A DNA stretch of 64,000 bases from Candidatus Spongiisociaceae bacterium (GTDB lineage: Bacteria; Actinomycetota; Acidimicrobiia; Spongiisociales; Spongiisociaceae): the NCBI GenBank assembly GCA_965262915.1, contig OZ253564.1, forward strand, positions 1,696,001 to 1,760,000. Reading direction: 5' to 3'. Made by a program: the position numbers and the translations under genes. Shown one piece after another: positions 40,850-51,230 of the stretch. Every line of letters begins with the position of its first letter. Position 1 is the first letter of the stretch. The notes beneath the pieces are model-generated. The model was given only the letters and a program-made list of their open reading frames with translations. It had not been told where the DNA came from and did not search any database.

Positions 40850-41097
40850 GGGTACAGTGCCCCACAGACCACATCCGCTTCTGCGGACGTCAGGCCCTGA
40901 GGGAGCTATGGACCATCTCCCGCAGCAGAGAACTGCCTTCTGCCTCGAGCTGGTTGCGTAACCACATCAACTCGTCCATCCTTATGTCGACCACCGCCTT
41001 CCTCCTCACTGTTCGAGTTGGATACCTCTGAGAAGCTGACGCTATGGTCACCTAACTCAAAGGACCCTCACTCCCCACACACCACAAGAAGGGACTC
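40850..41097 (-). mobile_element. IS256-family left-end remnant
   Basis: Minus strand MDELMWLRNQLEAEGSSLLREMV, then SAEADVVCGA after a frame break; end-like GAGTCCCTTCTTGTGGTGTG at 41097. Confidence 0.5.
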
Positions 41098-41107
41098 CAC
41101 TCAGCGC

Positions 41108-41587
41108 ATGACCACGTTTCGGTTGCCGATTCAGGTCTGCGTCTTCCTGTTCAGAGAGCAGGAGGACAATCGCGAGTACTTGCTCTTGCATCGGGTTCCG
41201 GCGCTGGGGGCGTTCTGGCAGGGCGTAACCGGGTCGCTCGAGGCAGGAGAGACCCAACTTCAAGGTGCCGCGAGAGAGGTTCATGAAGAGACGGGGTTTA
41301 CCCCGGCAGAGATCTGTCCGGTGGGCTTCACGTACCGTTTCCCGGTTCAAGACGAATGGCGGGAGGCGTATGGACCCGACGCAGACGAGATCGTAGAGCA
41401 CGTGTTCGTGGCCGAGGTCGACGGTGGAGACCCGACCCTGTCCCGGGAGCACGATGCTTGGGGATGGCGAGTTCCCGAAGAGGCAGCCCGCATGCTGAAA
41501 TGGCCGACCAACGTCGAGGCTCTCTGGCGGTGTGAGGCATTTCTTGCAGGGGACCAGGGAAGGACCCGCGTGCCCCGGCAGGACTGA
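41108..41587 (+). CDS. NUDIX hydrolase (NudB-like)
   Basis: WQGVTGSLEAGETQLQGAAREVHEETG Nudix box; LSREHDAWGW. Confidence 0.88.
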   Translation: MTTFRLPIQVCVFLFREQEDNREYLLLHRVPALGAFWQGVTGSLEAGETQLQGAAREVHEETGFTPAEICPVGFTYRFPVQDEWREAYGPDADEIVEHVFVAEVDGGDPTLSREHDAWGWRVPEEAARMLKWPTNVEALWRCEAFLAGDQGRTRVPRQD

Positions 41588-41689
41588 GATGGGGGTCAGA
41601 CGCTTCCTCTTCGGCCCAAGGACAGTTTCTCGGACCTCTGTCTCCTGGTCGTCCTCGCGGACCCCGATGGGGGAATCCTAAACATAATG

Positions 41690-42560
41690 TAGAGGTGGGA
41701 ACGGTCCCCCAACCGACCGGACTGGACACCCATCGACGGCGCTAACACGGCCTCTTACATACCTGCCAGCGCCGATGCCGGCCAATACCTCCAAGCCGTA
41801 GCCACCTATGACGACAACGAAGGACCCACCAAGGTTGCCGCTGCCCACACCACGAGCAGCGTCGTGGATCCGACGCGACCACCCCCACCCCCACCGCCGC
41901 CTCCACCTCGACGCGGTGGCGGGCCGACCGGTGGCGGGCCCGCGCCGCTACCGGAGGGGTCGAACCAGTCGCCCACCTTCACCGAAGGTTCCCGAACTAT
42001 GCGCACAGCGGCGGAGAACACCCCCGAGGGGAGCCGACACCGGTGCACCGATCGCCGCAACCGATCCCGAAGGCGACTCCCTCACCTACAAGTCGGCCGG
42101 TACCGCCGCCGACGCATTCGGCCTCGACCCCTCATCGGGTCAACTCAGGACCAAAGCAGCCTTGGACTACGAGACCAACAACAGCTACCGGGTGACCGTA
42201 GAGGTGCGGGACAGCAGGAGCCCCGAGGGCGAAGCGGACCGGCGCCGGGACGACTCCATCGCAGTAACCGTCAACATCGCTAACCGCGACGACACCGGTC
42301 ATCTCACCCTGTCCGCACCCACACCAAGATCCGGCCAGCCCCTCGAAGCGGTGCTAGTTGACCCCGGCGGTGTCGCCAATGTCAGCTGGGTTTGGGAACG
42401 CTCCGCCGACCGGACCACGTGGGCACCCATCCCAGACGCCACCTCGGCTGCGTATACCCCGGATGCCGACGACGAGGGCCATCATCTGCGGGTGGTGGTC
42501 TCCTATGGCGACCCGTTCGGGTCGGGCAAGACCGTGACGGCGACACCCGACGCCGGGCCG
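41690..42560 (+). pseudogene. Fragment of a cadherin/Ig-repeat adhesin
   Basis: WERS...WTPIDGA..ASY repeat twice, poly-Pro linker, NQSPTFTEG..AENT, ATDPEGDSLTY...GQLRTKAALDYE; frameshift near 42030; no start or signal peptide. Confidence 0.72.
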
Positions 42561-42723
42561 CCCGTCCGTCAGAGGCGAGTCCTGACCTGGCTCCGCTATC
42601 AGGCCCCTTGCCAACTCTGGCAACCGTCTCGAACCCGGTGGTCCGTCAATGGAGGTCGCTGTGAAGAGCGGCCGGCAAAGGGGTCCTTTCGGTAACCGAT
42701 CCGGAGTGTTCCCGGGTAAGTAT

Positions 42724-43404
42724 CTACCAATTCAGGCCGACTGCCTTGGTCAGGAACCCGGCGAACGGCGCCGCTACCCGACATGCGTCGGCGTAGCGGT
42801 CGATGAAGTCGGAAGAGCAGGTCTCCTCCTCGGTGAACGATGTGATCGCCATGAACGACTTCAGCTTCAGGTACTCGATGTGGGGATGGTCCGGATCGAA
42901 GCCTCTGGGGGCGCGCTTGAGCGACTCGCCCTCCAGGTCGAACATCGAGGCAAAATCCTCATCGTCCACGATGGCTTCCCAGTCCTCGGGTTCGTCGACT
43001 ATCGCCTGCCGTATCTCCCAGGCCGTTGCCGCCTTCGGTTTCCACAGCCCGGCGCCTGCGAAGACGTTGCCGGGCTCCAGATGGAGGTACAGGCCAGGGC
43101 CGTGGACCTCCCGGCCCACCTCGTGGCGGAAGTGGATGCCGGCGTTGGTCTTGTACGGGCTCTTGTCCCTCGAGAAGCGCACATCCCTGTAGATCCGGAA
43201 TACGGATCCGCCGGACCGCCGGGGGTCCGCGACCATGTGCGGGCTGATACTCCTGAGCCTGGGTTCGAAATCGCCGACGAAGCGGACCAGAGGGTCCTGG
43301 ACCTCGGTCCGGTAGCGCTCTTTGTTGGCCCCGAACCATGCCCGGTCGTTGTTCATCGCCAACTCGTCCAGGAACTCGAACAGGGCGGGTGTGAAGTGGG
43401 TCAT
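42724..43404 (-). CDS. DUF2461 (TIGR02453) family protein
   Basis: NNDRAWF, FRIYRDVRFSRDKSPYKT, LKRAPRGFDPDHP. Confidence 0.9.
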   Translation of the reverse strand: MTHFTPALFEFLDELAMNNDRAWFGANKERYRTEVQDPLVRFVGDFEPRLRSISPHMVADPRRSGGSVFRIYRDVRFSRDKSPYKTNAGIHFRHEVGREVHGPGLYLHLEPGNVFAGAGLWKPKAATAWEIRQAIVDEPEDWEAIVDDEDFASMFDLEGESLKRAPRGFDPDHPHIEYLKLKSFMAITSFTEEETCSSDFIDRYADACRVAAPFAGFLTKAVGLNW

Positions 43405-43493
43405 GGTCCAACCGTAGCCCCGTGGGCCTGACTGTTCGTCGCCCGGTTTCTCGCTTGGTGGTGTCTGATGCTGTCTGCTGTCCGAAGACCGGA

Positions 43494-43895
43494 TCATGCC
43501 ATCCGAACGTCGTGGATCACGATACCTAGGCCCGATGCCCTGGCCAGTCGGCTGTCCGCGGTCAGCAGGGGAATGCCGTAGAGACGTGCCCCGGCGACGT
43601 ACAGAGCGTCGTACGCGGTTACGTTTCGATAGTAGGACCAGGCCCATCGCGCCAACTCCCGATGGGGAATGCGGATCACCGGCCATTGGATCAGGTCGTC
43701 TACGGCCATGCGCGCTCGTTCTTCTTCGAGATGTCCTTGCAGGACCGTTTTGCGTAACACCGATAGCACCTCGGCATCCATCAACTCTGGCGCGACCAGG
43801 GACGCACTCTCGATCGTGTTCGCCACTGTCCTACCCAGCGGTGTTCTCAGCAGGTACTCGAAGGCGAGCGAGGCGTCGATGACATAAGTCGTCAT
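43494..43895 (-). CDS. vapC: VapC PIN-domain toxin
   Basis: VIDAS, DAEV, YDALYVA, LLTADSRL acidic PIN residues intact. Confidence 0.9.
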   Translation of the reverse strand: MTTYVIDASLAFEYLLRTPLGRTVANTIESASLVAPELMDAEVLSVLRKTVLQGHLEEERARMAVDDLIQWPVIRIPHRELARWAWSYYRNVTAYDALYVAGARLYGIPLLTADSRLARASGLGIVIHDVRMA

Positions 43896-44197
43896 CCGAT
43901 GTCGAGACCGTCCACACCCGGGTGTGATCGTTCGCCTATGGCCTCATGATCGTACGGGTGCCAGGACCCGATCTGCGTTGCGCGGCGCGTTCGCTCCTCC
44001 GCGATCAGAGTGGCTGCATCCACGCCGAGGTCGGTCTCGGGACGCTGGGCGATGTGCTCGCGCCACTCCCACATCGCCAGCTCGCGTTCCACGGCTGTGA
44101 GCACCGCCGCGCTGATGGTGCAACGGTTCTCTCGCGCGTAGCAGCGCAGGCGTTCGTGAAGGGTGTCGGGAACGTTCTTGACCTGTAGATTCGCCAT
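43892..44197 (-). CDS. FitA/VapB-like RHH antitoxin
   Basis: MANLQVKNVPDTLHERLR RHH start; overlaps the vapC start. Confidence 0.8.
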   Translation of the reverse strand: MANLQVKNVPDTLHERLRCYARENRCTISAAVLTAVERELAMWEWREHIAQRPETDLGVDAATLIAEERTRRATQIGSWHPYDHEAIGERSHPGVDGLDIG

Positions 44198-44275
44198 GTC
44201 ATGATCCTAGCATGCTGCTAGCATGAACAGGGCACCCCTCGGACCCTCGAAGGGATTGTGCGTATTCCCAACCGG

Positions 44276-44686
44276 TCATGTGGCCGACCAGGCGCGGACG
44301 TTCTCGATTCGCACCTCGATGACCGGTCCTGGAGGCGGCTGGGTGGTGTAGGTCTCGTATTTTCGGGTGAGCAGGGCAAGGCCCTTGCGAAGGACGGGGC
44401 CCGAACCGATCACGCTGGCCGTCCCGTCGATCCTCACCCACCAGAGAGCAGTCCAGTCGTCGTCGTAATGGTCCACCAGCACCGAGACGTCCGGGTTGGC
44501 TTCGATGTTGCGGAGGCGTTTCAGCCGGAACGTGGACTTGGGCTTGCGGTCCACCGCGGTGTACAGACGCCCCTCGTCGTAGGCGAACACGATGGGCACC
44601 AGATGGGGGCGCCCTCCCGCATCGACGGTACCGAGAGTGGCCGAGCGTGCATTGCCCAGCCGTCGGACGATCTCCTTACGATCCAT
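44276..44686 (-). CDS. PPOX-class F420-dependent oxidoreductase (Rv0121-like)
   Basis: PHLVPIVFA, AVDRKPK, RLRNIEANPDVSVLVDHYDDDW..LWWVR. Confidence 0.88.
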   Translation of the reverse strand: MDRKEIVRRLGNARSATLGTVDAGGRPHLVPIVFAYDEGRLYTAVDRKPKSTFRLKRLRNIEANPDVSVLVDHYDDDWTALWWVRIDGTASVIGSGPVLRKGLALLTRKYETYTTQPPPGPVIEVRIENVRAWSAT

Positions 44687-45056
44687 CGGGTACCTCCTCA
44701 TCGTGACCGTTTATCTGTTCGGCAACGTTCCGAAGTTGTGGCCGGTTGGTGATCGCGCAACAAGAACCCGCCGCCCCGGTTCTCGCTCGCCAATCCCAGT
44801 TCTGTAGGACCACTAATCCGAATTCTGTCATCAACAATGGCGTCACGGGCCGAGTCCGTCGCCCTCATTCCATGTTCGGATCCCGGCGGTTTTGTCGGAT
44901 CGGGATTCCATCACGTCTTCCGATCGTTCCAGCCTGGCGTGAACCACCGCCGCACCCGCGGTCGACGTCGGGTCGGGAATCATCCTGTCGTGCGTACGCT
45001 TACGAGCGTTGCGGTGGGAGGCTCCATGACCACGAAGCCGCATCTAGCCTGGTCGG

Positions 45057-46208
45057 ATGCGCACCTCTCCCTACCGGCTGCCACGGCTGGTGCTGTTCAT
45101 GTTCATAGGGACGCAGGCTATGGGGATAGGGGTCATCATCTCGCTCTTGGCCGACATCCAGGACCGGTTCGGATTCCCTACGTGGTCGTTGGGGTTGATC
45201 GCCGGCATGTCGTTCGCGTCCACGCTCGTGGCGCATCTGTGGCTGGCGTCGTTCGCCGACCGGGGATGGGAACGTCGGATGATCGCGATCGGCGGGGTCC
45301 TGGTGGTGGTCTCCTTGCTCGGGATGGTGGTCGCGTCGGACCTGTGGCATTGGGTGGCGTCCCGAGCCCTCCTCGGCTTTGCCGAGGGGGTTTGCGTGGT
45401 GGCGGGTCGGCGAGTGATGCTGAGTTGGGATCCGGACCGGCAAGGAAGGGCCCTGAGTTCGCTGACGATGGCGCTGATGATCGGGTTCCTGCTCGGTCCT
45501 CCCATGGCCGGCTTCCTCAACGAGGTGAACAGAGGCCTTCCCTTCATTCTGCCCGCGGTGCTGGAAGCGTTGCTGCTCCCGTTCCTGGTGGTCGTCAAGC
45601 CTGGCGAGTACGGGCGCGCCCCCGTCCGGCTGAAGCGTCGAAGCCTTGCGGCGATTCCGGGTCTCGCACCCGGGATGTTGCTGGCCGCTGCGCCATGGCT
45701 GATGATCGGGATGCTGGATGCTCTGTGGGCCCGCTACATGACTGATCTGGGCGCCGGCCCGAGAGTGATAGGGGTTGGGTTCCTGGCGCTGGTCCTTCCG
45801 AGCGTCTTCGTCACCCCCCTCAGCGGGCGGATGGCGGACCGCATGAACCCTATCCGGCTGGCGATGACGGGCGTCGTGGTGGAGATCCCCCTTGTGGTCT
45901 TTTTCGGGTTTGCGAGGAGCGTGCCCGCCCTCCTCGTGGTGGGGGCGTTGCACTCGGCCATCTGGTCGTTCGTCACGCCTCCCGGCCAGGCTGCGGTGGC
46001 AAAGGTGGCGCCGCCCGGCCAGGCGGCCGAGGCGCAGGGGCTCATCGAGTCGTACGGGCTGATGCTGGCGAGTGTGGGGGCACTGGTCGGACCGCTTATC
46101 TACGCTGCCGGTGGTCCTACCGTCCTGTTTTTCGTGGCGGCGGTGGCGCTGGCGGTGACGCCTCTGGTAGTGTGGGGCCGGCGGGACACTTGGCGCGCCG
46201 TTTTCTGA
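45057..46208 (+). CDS. MFS transporter
   Basis: About 12 TM helices; ASFADRGWER and GRMADRMNP motif-A loops. Confidence 0.85.
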   Translation: MRTSPYRLPRLVLFMFIGTQAMGIGVIISLLADIQDRFGFPTWSLGLIAGMSFASTLVAHLWLASFADRGWERRMIAIGGVLVVVSLLGMVVASDLWHWVASRALLGFAEGVCVVAGRRVMLSWDPDRQGRALSSLTMALMIGFLLGPPMAGFLNEVNRGLPFILPAVLEALLLPFLVVVKPGEYGRAPVRLKRRSLAAIPGLAPGMLLAAAPWLMIGMLDALWARYMTDLGAGPRVIGVGFLALVLPSVFVTPLSGRMADRMNPIRLAMTGVVVEIPLVVFFGFARSVPALLVVGALHSAIWSFVTPPGQAAVAKVAPPGQAAEAQGLIESYGLMLASVGALVGPLIYAAGGPTVLFFVAAVALAVTPLVVWGRRDTWRAVF

Positions 46209-46279
46209 GGCGGTATGGGTTGCCACCCCGGTTCTGGAACCGCTATCGTTTCCCCCAAAATACGACCTTGAGGGTGAAG

Positions 46280-46990
46280 ATGGTCGATAATTTCTTGTGG
46301 AAGGGCCGTCTCGGGCCGATGAACCTCCGGCTCTCGGATACGACGTTCACGCCGTCCACCATCTCGGCGTTGCTGGCCCGGGAGATCCGGATCGAAGAAG
46401 GTGATGTGGCGATCGACGTGGGGTGCGGATCCGGCATCCTGGCGATCATCGCCGCCAAGCTGGGGGCCCGTCATGTTCACGCGATCGACCAGAGCCCGGA
46501 TGTGATCGAGGTGGGCAGGCTCAACGCGGAGGCCAATAGCGTGAGCGACCGCGTCAGCTTCTACCAGGGCGACCTCTTCGAACCGCTCGACCGGACCATC
46601 AAGGCGGATGTGATCATCGGCGACGTGTCGGGGATCCCCGATGCTCTGGCGGACGAGAGCGGATGGTTCCCCACCCGAGGCGGTGGCGGGGCACGGGGCA
46701 GCGAACTCCCGATCAGGATGCTCGAGGAGGCCCGGCGCAGGCTGGCATCGGGGGGTCGGCTCTTCCTGCCCACCGGCTCGCTTCAGGACGAGACTTCGAT
46801 CATCGAAACGGCCAAACGCCTGTACACGAGGGTCCGCAAGCTCGCGGAGCGCCCCATCCCCCTGCCGGCCCGGATGGCCTCCAGCCAGGTGATGTCGGAT
46901 CTGATCGACCGGGGTGTGGTGCGGATCATTAGGCGCGGCTCCCGATCAGTGTGGGAGGCGAGAGTGTGGGAGGTCTCGGGCGTCACCTGA
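46280..46990 (+). CDS. Class I SAM-dependent methyltransferase (PrmA/HemK-like fold)
   Basis: IDVGCGSGILAI motif I, YQGDLFEP; start uncertain. Confidence 0.8.
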   Translation: MVDNFLWKGRLGPMNLRLSDTTFTPSTISALLAREIRIEEGDVAIDVGCGSGILAIIAAKLGARHVHAIDQSPDVIEVGRLNAEANSVSDRVSFYQGDLFEPLDRTIKADVIIGDVSGIPDALADESGWFPTRGGGGARGSELPIRMLEEARRRLASGGRLFLPTGSLQDETSIIETAKRLYTRVRKLAERPIPLPARMASSQVMSDLIDRGVVRIIRRGSRSVWEARVWEVSGVT

Positions 46991-47046
46991 GCCGATGCCC
47001 TCATTTCATCGGGTGGACAGCCCCCGGGCACTACCATTTCTCCCCT

Positions 47047-47841
47047 ATGACCACCCGTGTTGGTGACGTAATGGAGGCGATCGACCGGCGGGTACCTTTC
47101 CGGACCGCAGCCGGATGGGATGCGGTCGGGTTGCAGATCGGCGACCGGCGACGCCCCGTATCGCGCGTGGCCGTGGTGCACGAGTTGACCGACGTGGTCG
47201 CGGAACGGGTCCTGGCCCGGCGGACGGATCTGGTGGTCACCTACCATCCGCTGGTGTTCCGCCCGCTCCGTTCGATCACCGCGGCGCCCGGACCGGAGGG
47301 GCGTTCGTTCGCATTGCTGGCAGGGGGAGTATCGGTCATGGCCGTGCACACCAATTGGGATATCGCAGCCGGCGGCACGGCCGATTCGCTGGCGGAGGCG
47401 CTCGGCATGGGCGATGTCGAGGGCTTCGCCGCCGTGGAAACGGTCGACGGTGGAGCGGCCTGGGTCGGGCGCCACGGTTCGTTCGACGGTGGCGCCGTCG
47501 AACTGGTGCACACGGTGCACGAAGCGCTGGGTTGCCGGCCCCGCATGGCGGGGTTGGTCGACCGAAGGATCCGGAGGCTGGCCGTGCTGCCCGGTTCGGG
47601 GGGATCACATCTGGACGACGCGATCTCCACCGCCGCCGACGCGTACGTGACCGGGGACATCTCCCACCACGAGGCGAGAAGGGCGCTGGACTCCGGGATG
47701 GCGGTGGTGGATGCCGGGCACGCTCCCACCGAGCGACCCGGAGTCAGGGCGCTCTACGCTTTGGTTGCCGAGATCGTGGAAAGGCCTGTCGATCTCATCG
47801 GGATCGACGACAACCCTTGGGAGGTCGGATGGAACCGTTGA
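47047..47841 (+). CDS. Nif3-like dinuclear metal protein
   Basis: WDAVGLQIG, YHPLVF, HTNWD, YVTGDISHH, DAGHAPTE. Confidence 0.9.
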   Translation: MTTRVGDVMEAIDRRVPFRTAAGWDAVGLQIGDRRRPVSRVAVVHELTDVVAERVLARRTDLVVTYHPLVFRPLRSITAAPGPEGRSFALLAGGVSVMAVHTNWDIAAGGTADSLAEALGMGDVEGFAAVETVDGGAAWVGRHGSFDGGAVELVHTVHEALGCRPRMAGLVDRRIRRLAVLPGSGGSHLDDAISTAADAYVTGDISHHEARRALDSGMAVVDAGHAPTERPGVRALYALVAEIVERPVDLIGIDDNPWEVGWNR

Positions 47842-48539
47842 GCAGCTTTACGGATCTGTTGGAATTGCAGGAGGTGGATGCGGGTGTCGACAAGCTGCTG
47901 GCCGATCGTCGCAACCTGCCCGAGTTGGCCGAGCAGGCGCGAGCCGCCACGGTCGCCGATGCCGCGGCAGAGGACTTCGATGGCGCGGTCCACCGGCTCC
48001 GGAGCTTGGACCGGGATGTGGCTCGCATCGAGGACGACCTGGCGATGGCCGAACAGAGGCTCAGGGAACAGGAACGGCGCCTGTTCGCGGGCGGGATGAC
48101 CGCCCGGGAGAGCCAGAACATGCGTATGGAGGTGGACAGCCTGCGGCGCCAGGTCTTGGTCATGGAGGACGAACTGCTGGAACTGCTTGACCAGCGGGAT
48201 GGTATGGAGGAGGAGGAACGGATGTTGGGGGAGAGGGCCGGCTCGACCCGGGAGGTCGAGCGCCACCTGGCGGCCCGGATCGCCGAGTCCCGGACCGCTA
48301 TCGATGCTTCCGTCGAGCGGTACCGGGATCGCCGGGCCGGGATCGTTCCGTCGGTGGCGCCCGAGCTGTTGAGGCTGTACGCGCGCCTGCGCGAGCGTCG
48401 GGGAGGGATCGTGGTAGGGGCGACCTCCGGCCGGGTCTGCGGGGCCTGCCACCTCCAGATGTCGATCGCCGAGTACGAAGAGGTGGTCGGGGAGACGCTC
48501 CCCCAATGCATCCACTGCGCCGCGATACTCGTCCTGTGA
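47829..48539 (+). CDS. Coiled-coil C4 zinc-ribbon protein (DUF164)
   Basis: LLELQEVD start, long coiled coil, CGACH...CIHCAAIL; follows Nif3 as in other actinobacteria. Confidence 0.88.
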   Translation: MEPLSSFTDLLELQEVDAGVDKLLADRRNLPELAEQARAATVADAAAEDFDGAVHRLRSLDRDVARIEDDLAMAEQRLREQERRLFAGGMTARESQNMRMEVDSLRRQVLVMEDELLELLDQRDGMEEEERMLGERAGSTREVERHLAARIAESRTAIDASVERYRDRRAGIVPSVAPELLRLYARLRERRGGIVVGATSGRVCGACHLQMSIAEYEEVVGETLPQCIHCAAILVL

Positions 48540-48601
48540 TCCGGATCGAGGCCCTACCCGGGGCGTACGTACCCTTCGACTGAGGAACGGGGCCACGGCA
48601 G

Positions 48602-49135
48602 ATGCTGTTCTGGCACCTGGGCGGTGCCGTGTTCCTGTTCCGAGCCCTGTTCAAGGACTCGGGCGTCGACCTCAGGTTCGTGGCAGCCGGGGCCGTCCTT
48701 CCGGATGCCGTCGACGCGATCATCGGTCTCCTGCCGCACTCGGAGCGGTTGGTGACCGGCCGCCCCTACGGTCATGCGCTGGTGTTCGCCCTGGCGGTGT
48801 TGGTGGTCGGCATGTGGGTCACCGACCGTCGCACCGGCAACAGGCGTCGCGCCGTGGCGGCGGCGGTAGGAATCATGTTCCACCTGCTACTCGACTCGAT
48901 GTGGTTGATGCCTGAGGTGCTGCTGTGGCCCCTGGCGGGCGGAGGACTCCTCGAGGGCGGTCCCGGTGACTGGTCCGGGTTGCCCGCTTCCCTGTTCGGC
49001 AACCCGGTGCGGATGGCGCAGGAGGCGGGGGGCCTCGCCTACCTGATCCGGCTGGGCCACCGCGCCGGCCTCGCCGATCCGGGGCGGTGGTCCCGCCTGT
49101 GGCGGACCGGCACTATCTCGATACCGAGAGGGTGA
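48602..49135 (+). CDS. Membrane metal-dependent hydrolase (YdjM-like)
   Basis: WH, GAVLPDAVD, GHAL, HLLLD, LLWP motifs. Confidence 0.8.
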   Translation: MLFWHLGGAVFLFRALFKDSGVDLRFVAAGAVLPDAVDAIIGLLPHSERLVTGRPYGHALVFALAVLVVGMWVTDRRTGNRRRAVAAAVGIMFHLLLDSMWLMPEVLLWPLAGGGLLEGGPGDWSGLPASLFGNPVRMAQEAGGLAYLIRLGHRAGLADPGRWSRLWRTGTISIPRG

Positions 49136-49201
49136 TGGAGGGCGGCGGGCTCATGGGAGTGCCGGGGAGCGTTCCGATCGCGGCCGGACGCCTGCCCGAT
49201 C

Positions 49202-49948
49202 CTAGGAGGGGGCCCCTTCGAGGGAAGGTTGGCCCACCGCCTCGCTGATCTGCGCGTGTACCCGGTTCTTCAGCCCTTCCAGCTCGTAGATCATCAGGCC
49301 CTCGGTGGGGATGGGGGGCATGATCTTCACGGTGATGTGCCCGGAGCGGATCAGCTTCGTCGCCGGCTTCCATACCGCCCGGCTGCCGATGATGGCTGTT
49401 GGCACGACCGGCGCCCCCACGTTGCGGGCGATCGAGAAGGCGCCCTTCTTGAAGGGCATCATCACTCCGTCCCGGGGCCGGGTTCCCTCCGGGTAGATCA
49501 TCAACGACCCTCCTCGCTCCATGGTCCGCTTGGCGCCCTGGTTGATGGCCTGGTGGGCGGCCCGGCCCGCCCCGCGGTTCACCTCCACCATTCCGATTCT
49601 TCGCATGGCCAGGCCGAACAGGGGGATCTTGAACAGTTCTGTCTTGGCGAGGAAACGGATGGGAACCGGCAACGCGGCGAAGTGGGCGAAGATGTCGAAC
49701 GCGGAGCGGTGGTTGGAGACGATAACGTAGGAACGGCTGGGATCTATGTGCTCGAGTCCTTCGACCTTGAGCTTGACGCCGGCTGCCCAGCACCATGTCC
49801 GGCCCCATGCCCGGGCCACACGGTCCAGGATGGGCGACGAGGGGTTGGTCACCGTGATGGCGACCAACGCCACGGCAGCCAATACCGTGTAGGGGATGGT
49901 CACCGTGAAGGTGACCGCAGCCCGGAGTACATCGAGGAAGTTCCGCAT
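49202..49948 (-). CDS. plsC: Lysophospholipid acyltransferase (PlsC family)
   Basis: SNHRSAFD, YPEGTR, FKKGAF. Confidence 0.88.
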   Translation of the reverse strand: MRNFLDVLRAAVTFTVTIPYTVLAAVALVAITVTNPSSPILDRVARAWGRTWCWAAGVKLKVEGLEHIDPSRSYVIVSNHRSAFDIFAHFAALPVPIRFLAKTELFKIPLFGLAMRRIGMVEVNRGAGRAAHQAINQGAKRTMERGGSLMIYPEGTRPRDGVMMPFKKGAFSIARNVGAPVVPTAIIGSRAVWKPATKLIRSGHITVKIMPPIPTEGLMIYELEGLKNRVHAQISEAVGQPSLEGAPS

Positions 49949-50030
49949 CGGAGGTAAGGATACCGCACGGGAGGGTCGGATCCGCGCCCGTTAACCTCTT
50001 TTTGATCAAGCGGAGCATCCAGAGGAACTG

Positions 50031-51230
50031 ATGGCAGAGAGGCGAACCAGGTTCACCAACGACCAAGCGGTGCGGATCTTTCTCAGAGCGCAGGGCTTCG
50101 GTGACCCCCGACCCCCCGGCCGTGTGGATGCCCGCCACTTCGCCCGGGTCGTCAGCCGCCTGCGCCTCGTGCAGATCGACTCCGTGAACGTATTGACCAG
50201 GGCCCACTACCTGCCCGTGTTCGCCCGGCTCGGTCCCTACCGGAGGGAGGCGCTCGACCGCTGGATCTACCACGGCCGGCACATGTTCGAGTACTGGTGC
50301 CACGAGCAGTCCTACGCCCCGGTCTCGTTCCATCCGATGATGCGCCCCCGGATGCATTCCATGCGTGATCACGGGTGGAAACGGGTGAGGGACCTGCTCG
50401 AACACGATCCCGGGTACGTACGGTCGGTCCTCGACCAGGTAGGGGAGCGGGGTCCGATCCCGGCCCGCCACCTGTCGGACCCCGGGGAGAAGACCGGACC
50501 CTGGTGGGGATACGGGAAGGGCAAGGTTGCGCTGGCCTGGTTGTTCGCCACGGGACAGGTGGCGGTGGCCCGGCGGATCAACTTCGAGCGCTGGTACGAC
50601 CGGCCCGAGCGGGTGCTGCCCACCGAGGTGCTGGCCGAGCCGGATCCGTCGCCGGAGGAGGCCGACCGGGCCCGGGTCCGCGAGGCGGCCGGGGCACTGG
50701 GGATCGCCACCGTGGGTGACCTGGCCGACTACTTCCGGATGAACATCACTCCGACGGCTCGCGCCGTGCAGCATCTCGCGTCCGCGGGCGAGTTCCGCGA
50801 GGTGTCGGTCGCGGGCTGGTCGCGCCCCGCCTACCTGCGCGACGACGTTGTTCTGCCCAGAGCGCGCAAGGGCACCGCGTTGCTGTGTCCCTTCGATCCG
50901 CTGGTGTGGGACCGGAAGAGGACCGAGCGGATGTTGGGGTTCCGCTACCGCATCGAGATCTACACCCCCAGGGCCAGACGGGTCTACGGTTACTATGTGC
51001 TCCCCTTCCTGCTGGACGGCCGGCTGGTGGGCCGGGTCGATGCCAAGGCCGACCGGCGGGCCGGTGTCCTCCGCATCCCGGCCTCCTACGCCGAGCCGGG
51101 TGTGGACCTTCCCGCCGCGGGCCGCGCCCTTGCCGCCGAGTTGCACCGTATGGCCGCCTGGCTCGACTTGGGCGACATCGAGGTAGCGCCTTCGGGCAAC
51201 CTCGCCGCGGCTACCAGGGCAGCGCTGTGA
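50031..51230 (+). CDS. YcaQ/AlkZ-family crosslink-repair DNA glycosylase
   Basis: VQIDSVNVLTRAH, LLCPFDPLVWDR, YRIEIYTP...YGYYVLPFL. Confidence 0.9.
   Translation: MAERRTRFTNDQAVRIFLRAQGFGDPRPPGRVDARHFARVVSRLRLVQIDSVNVLTRAHYLPVFARLGPYRREALDRWIYHGRHMFEYWCHEQSYAPVSFHPMMRPRMHSMRDHGWKRVRDLLEHDPGYVRSVLDQVGERGPIPARHLSDPGEKTGPWWGYGKGKVALAWLFATGQVAVARRINFERWYDRPERVLPTEVLAEPDPSPEEADRARVREAAGALGIATVGDLADYFRMNITPTARAVQHLASAGEFREVSVAGWSRPAYLRDDVVLPRARKGTALLCPFDPLVWDRKRTERMLGFRYRIEIYTPRARRVYGYYVLPFLLDGRLVGRVDAKADRRAGVLRIPASYAEPGVDLPAAGRALAAELHRMAAWLDLGDIEVAPSGNLAAATRAAL

Noticed and set aside
48540-48601. RNase P RNA or RNase H gene, which follow Nif3-DUF164 in some actinobacteria
   Set aside because: Gap is only about 60 nt and lacks the GAGGAAAGUCC signature
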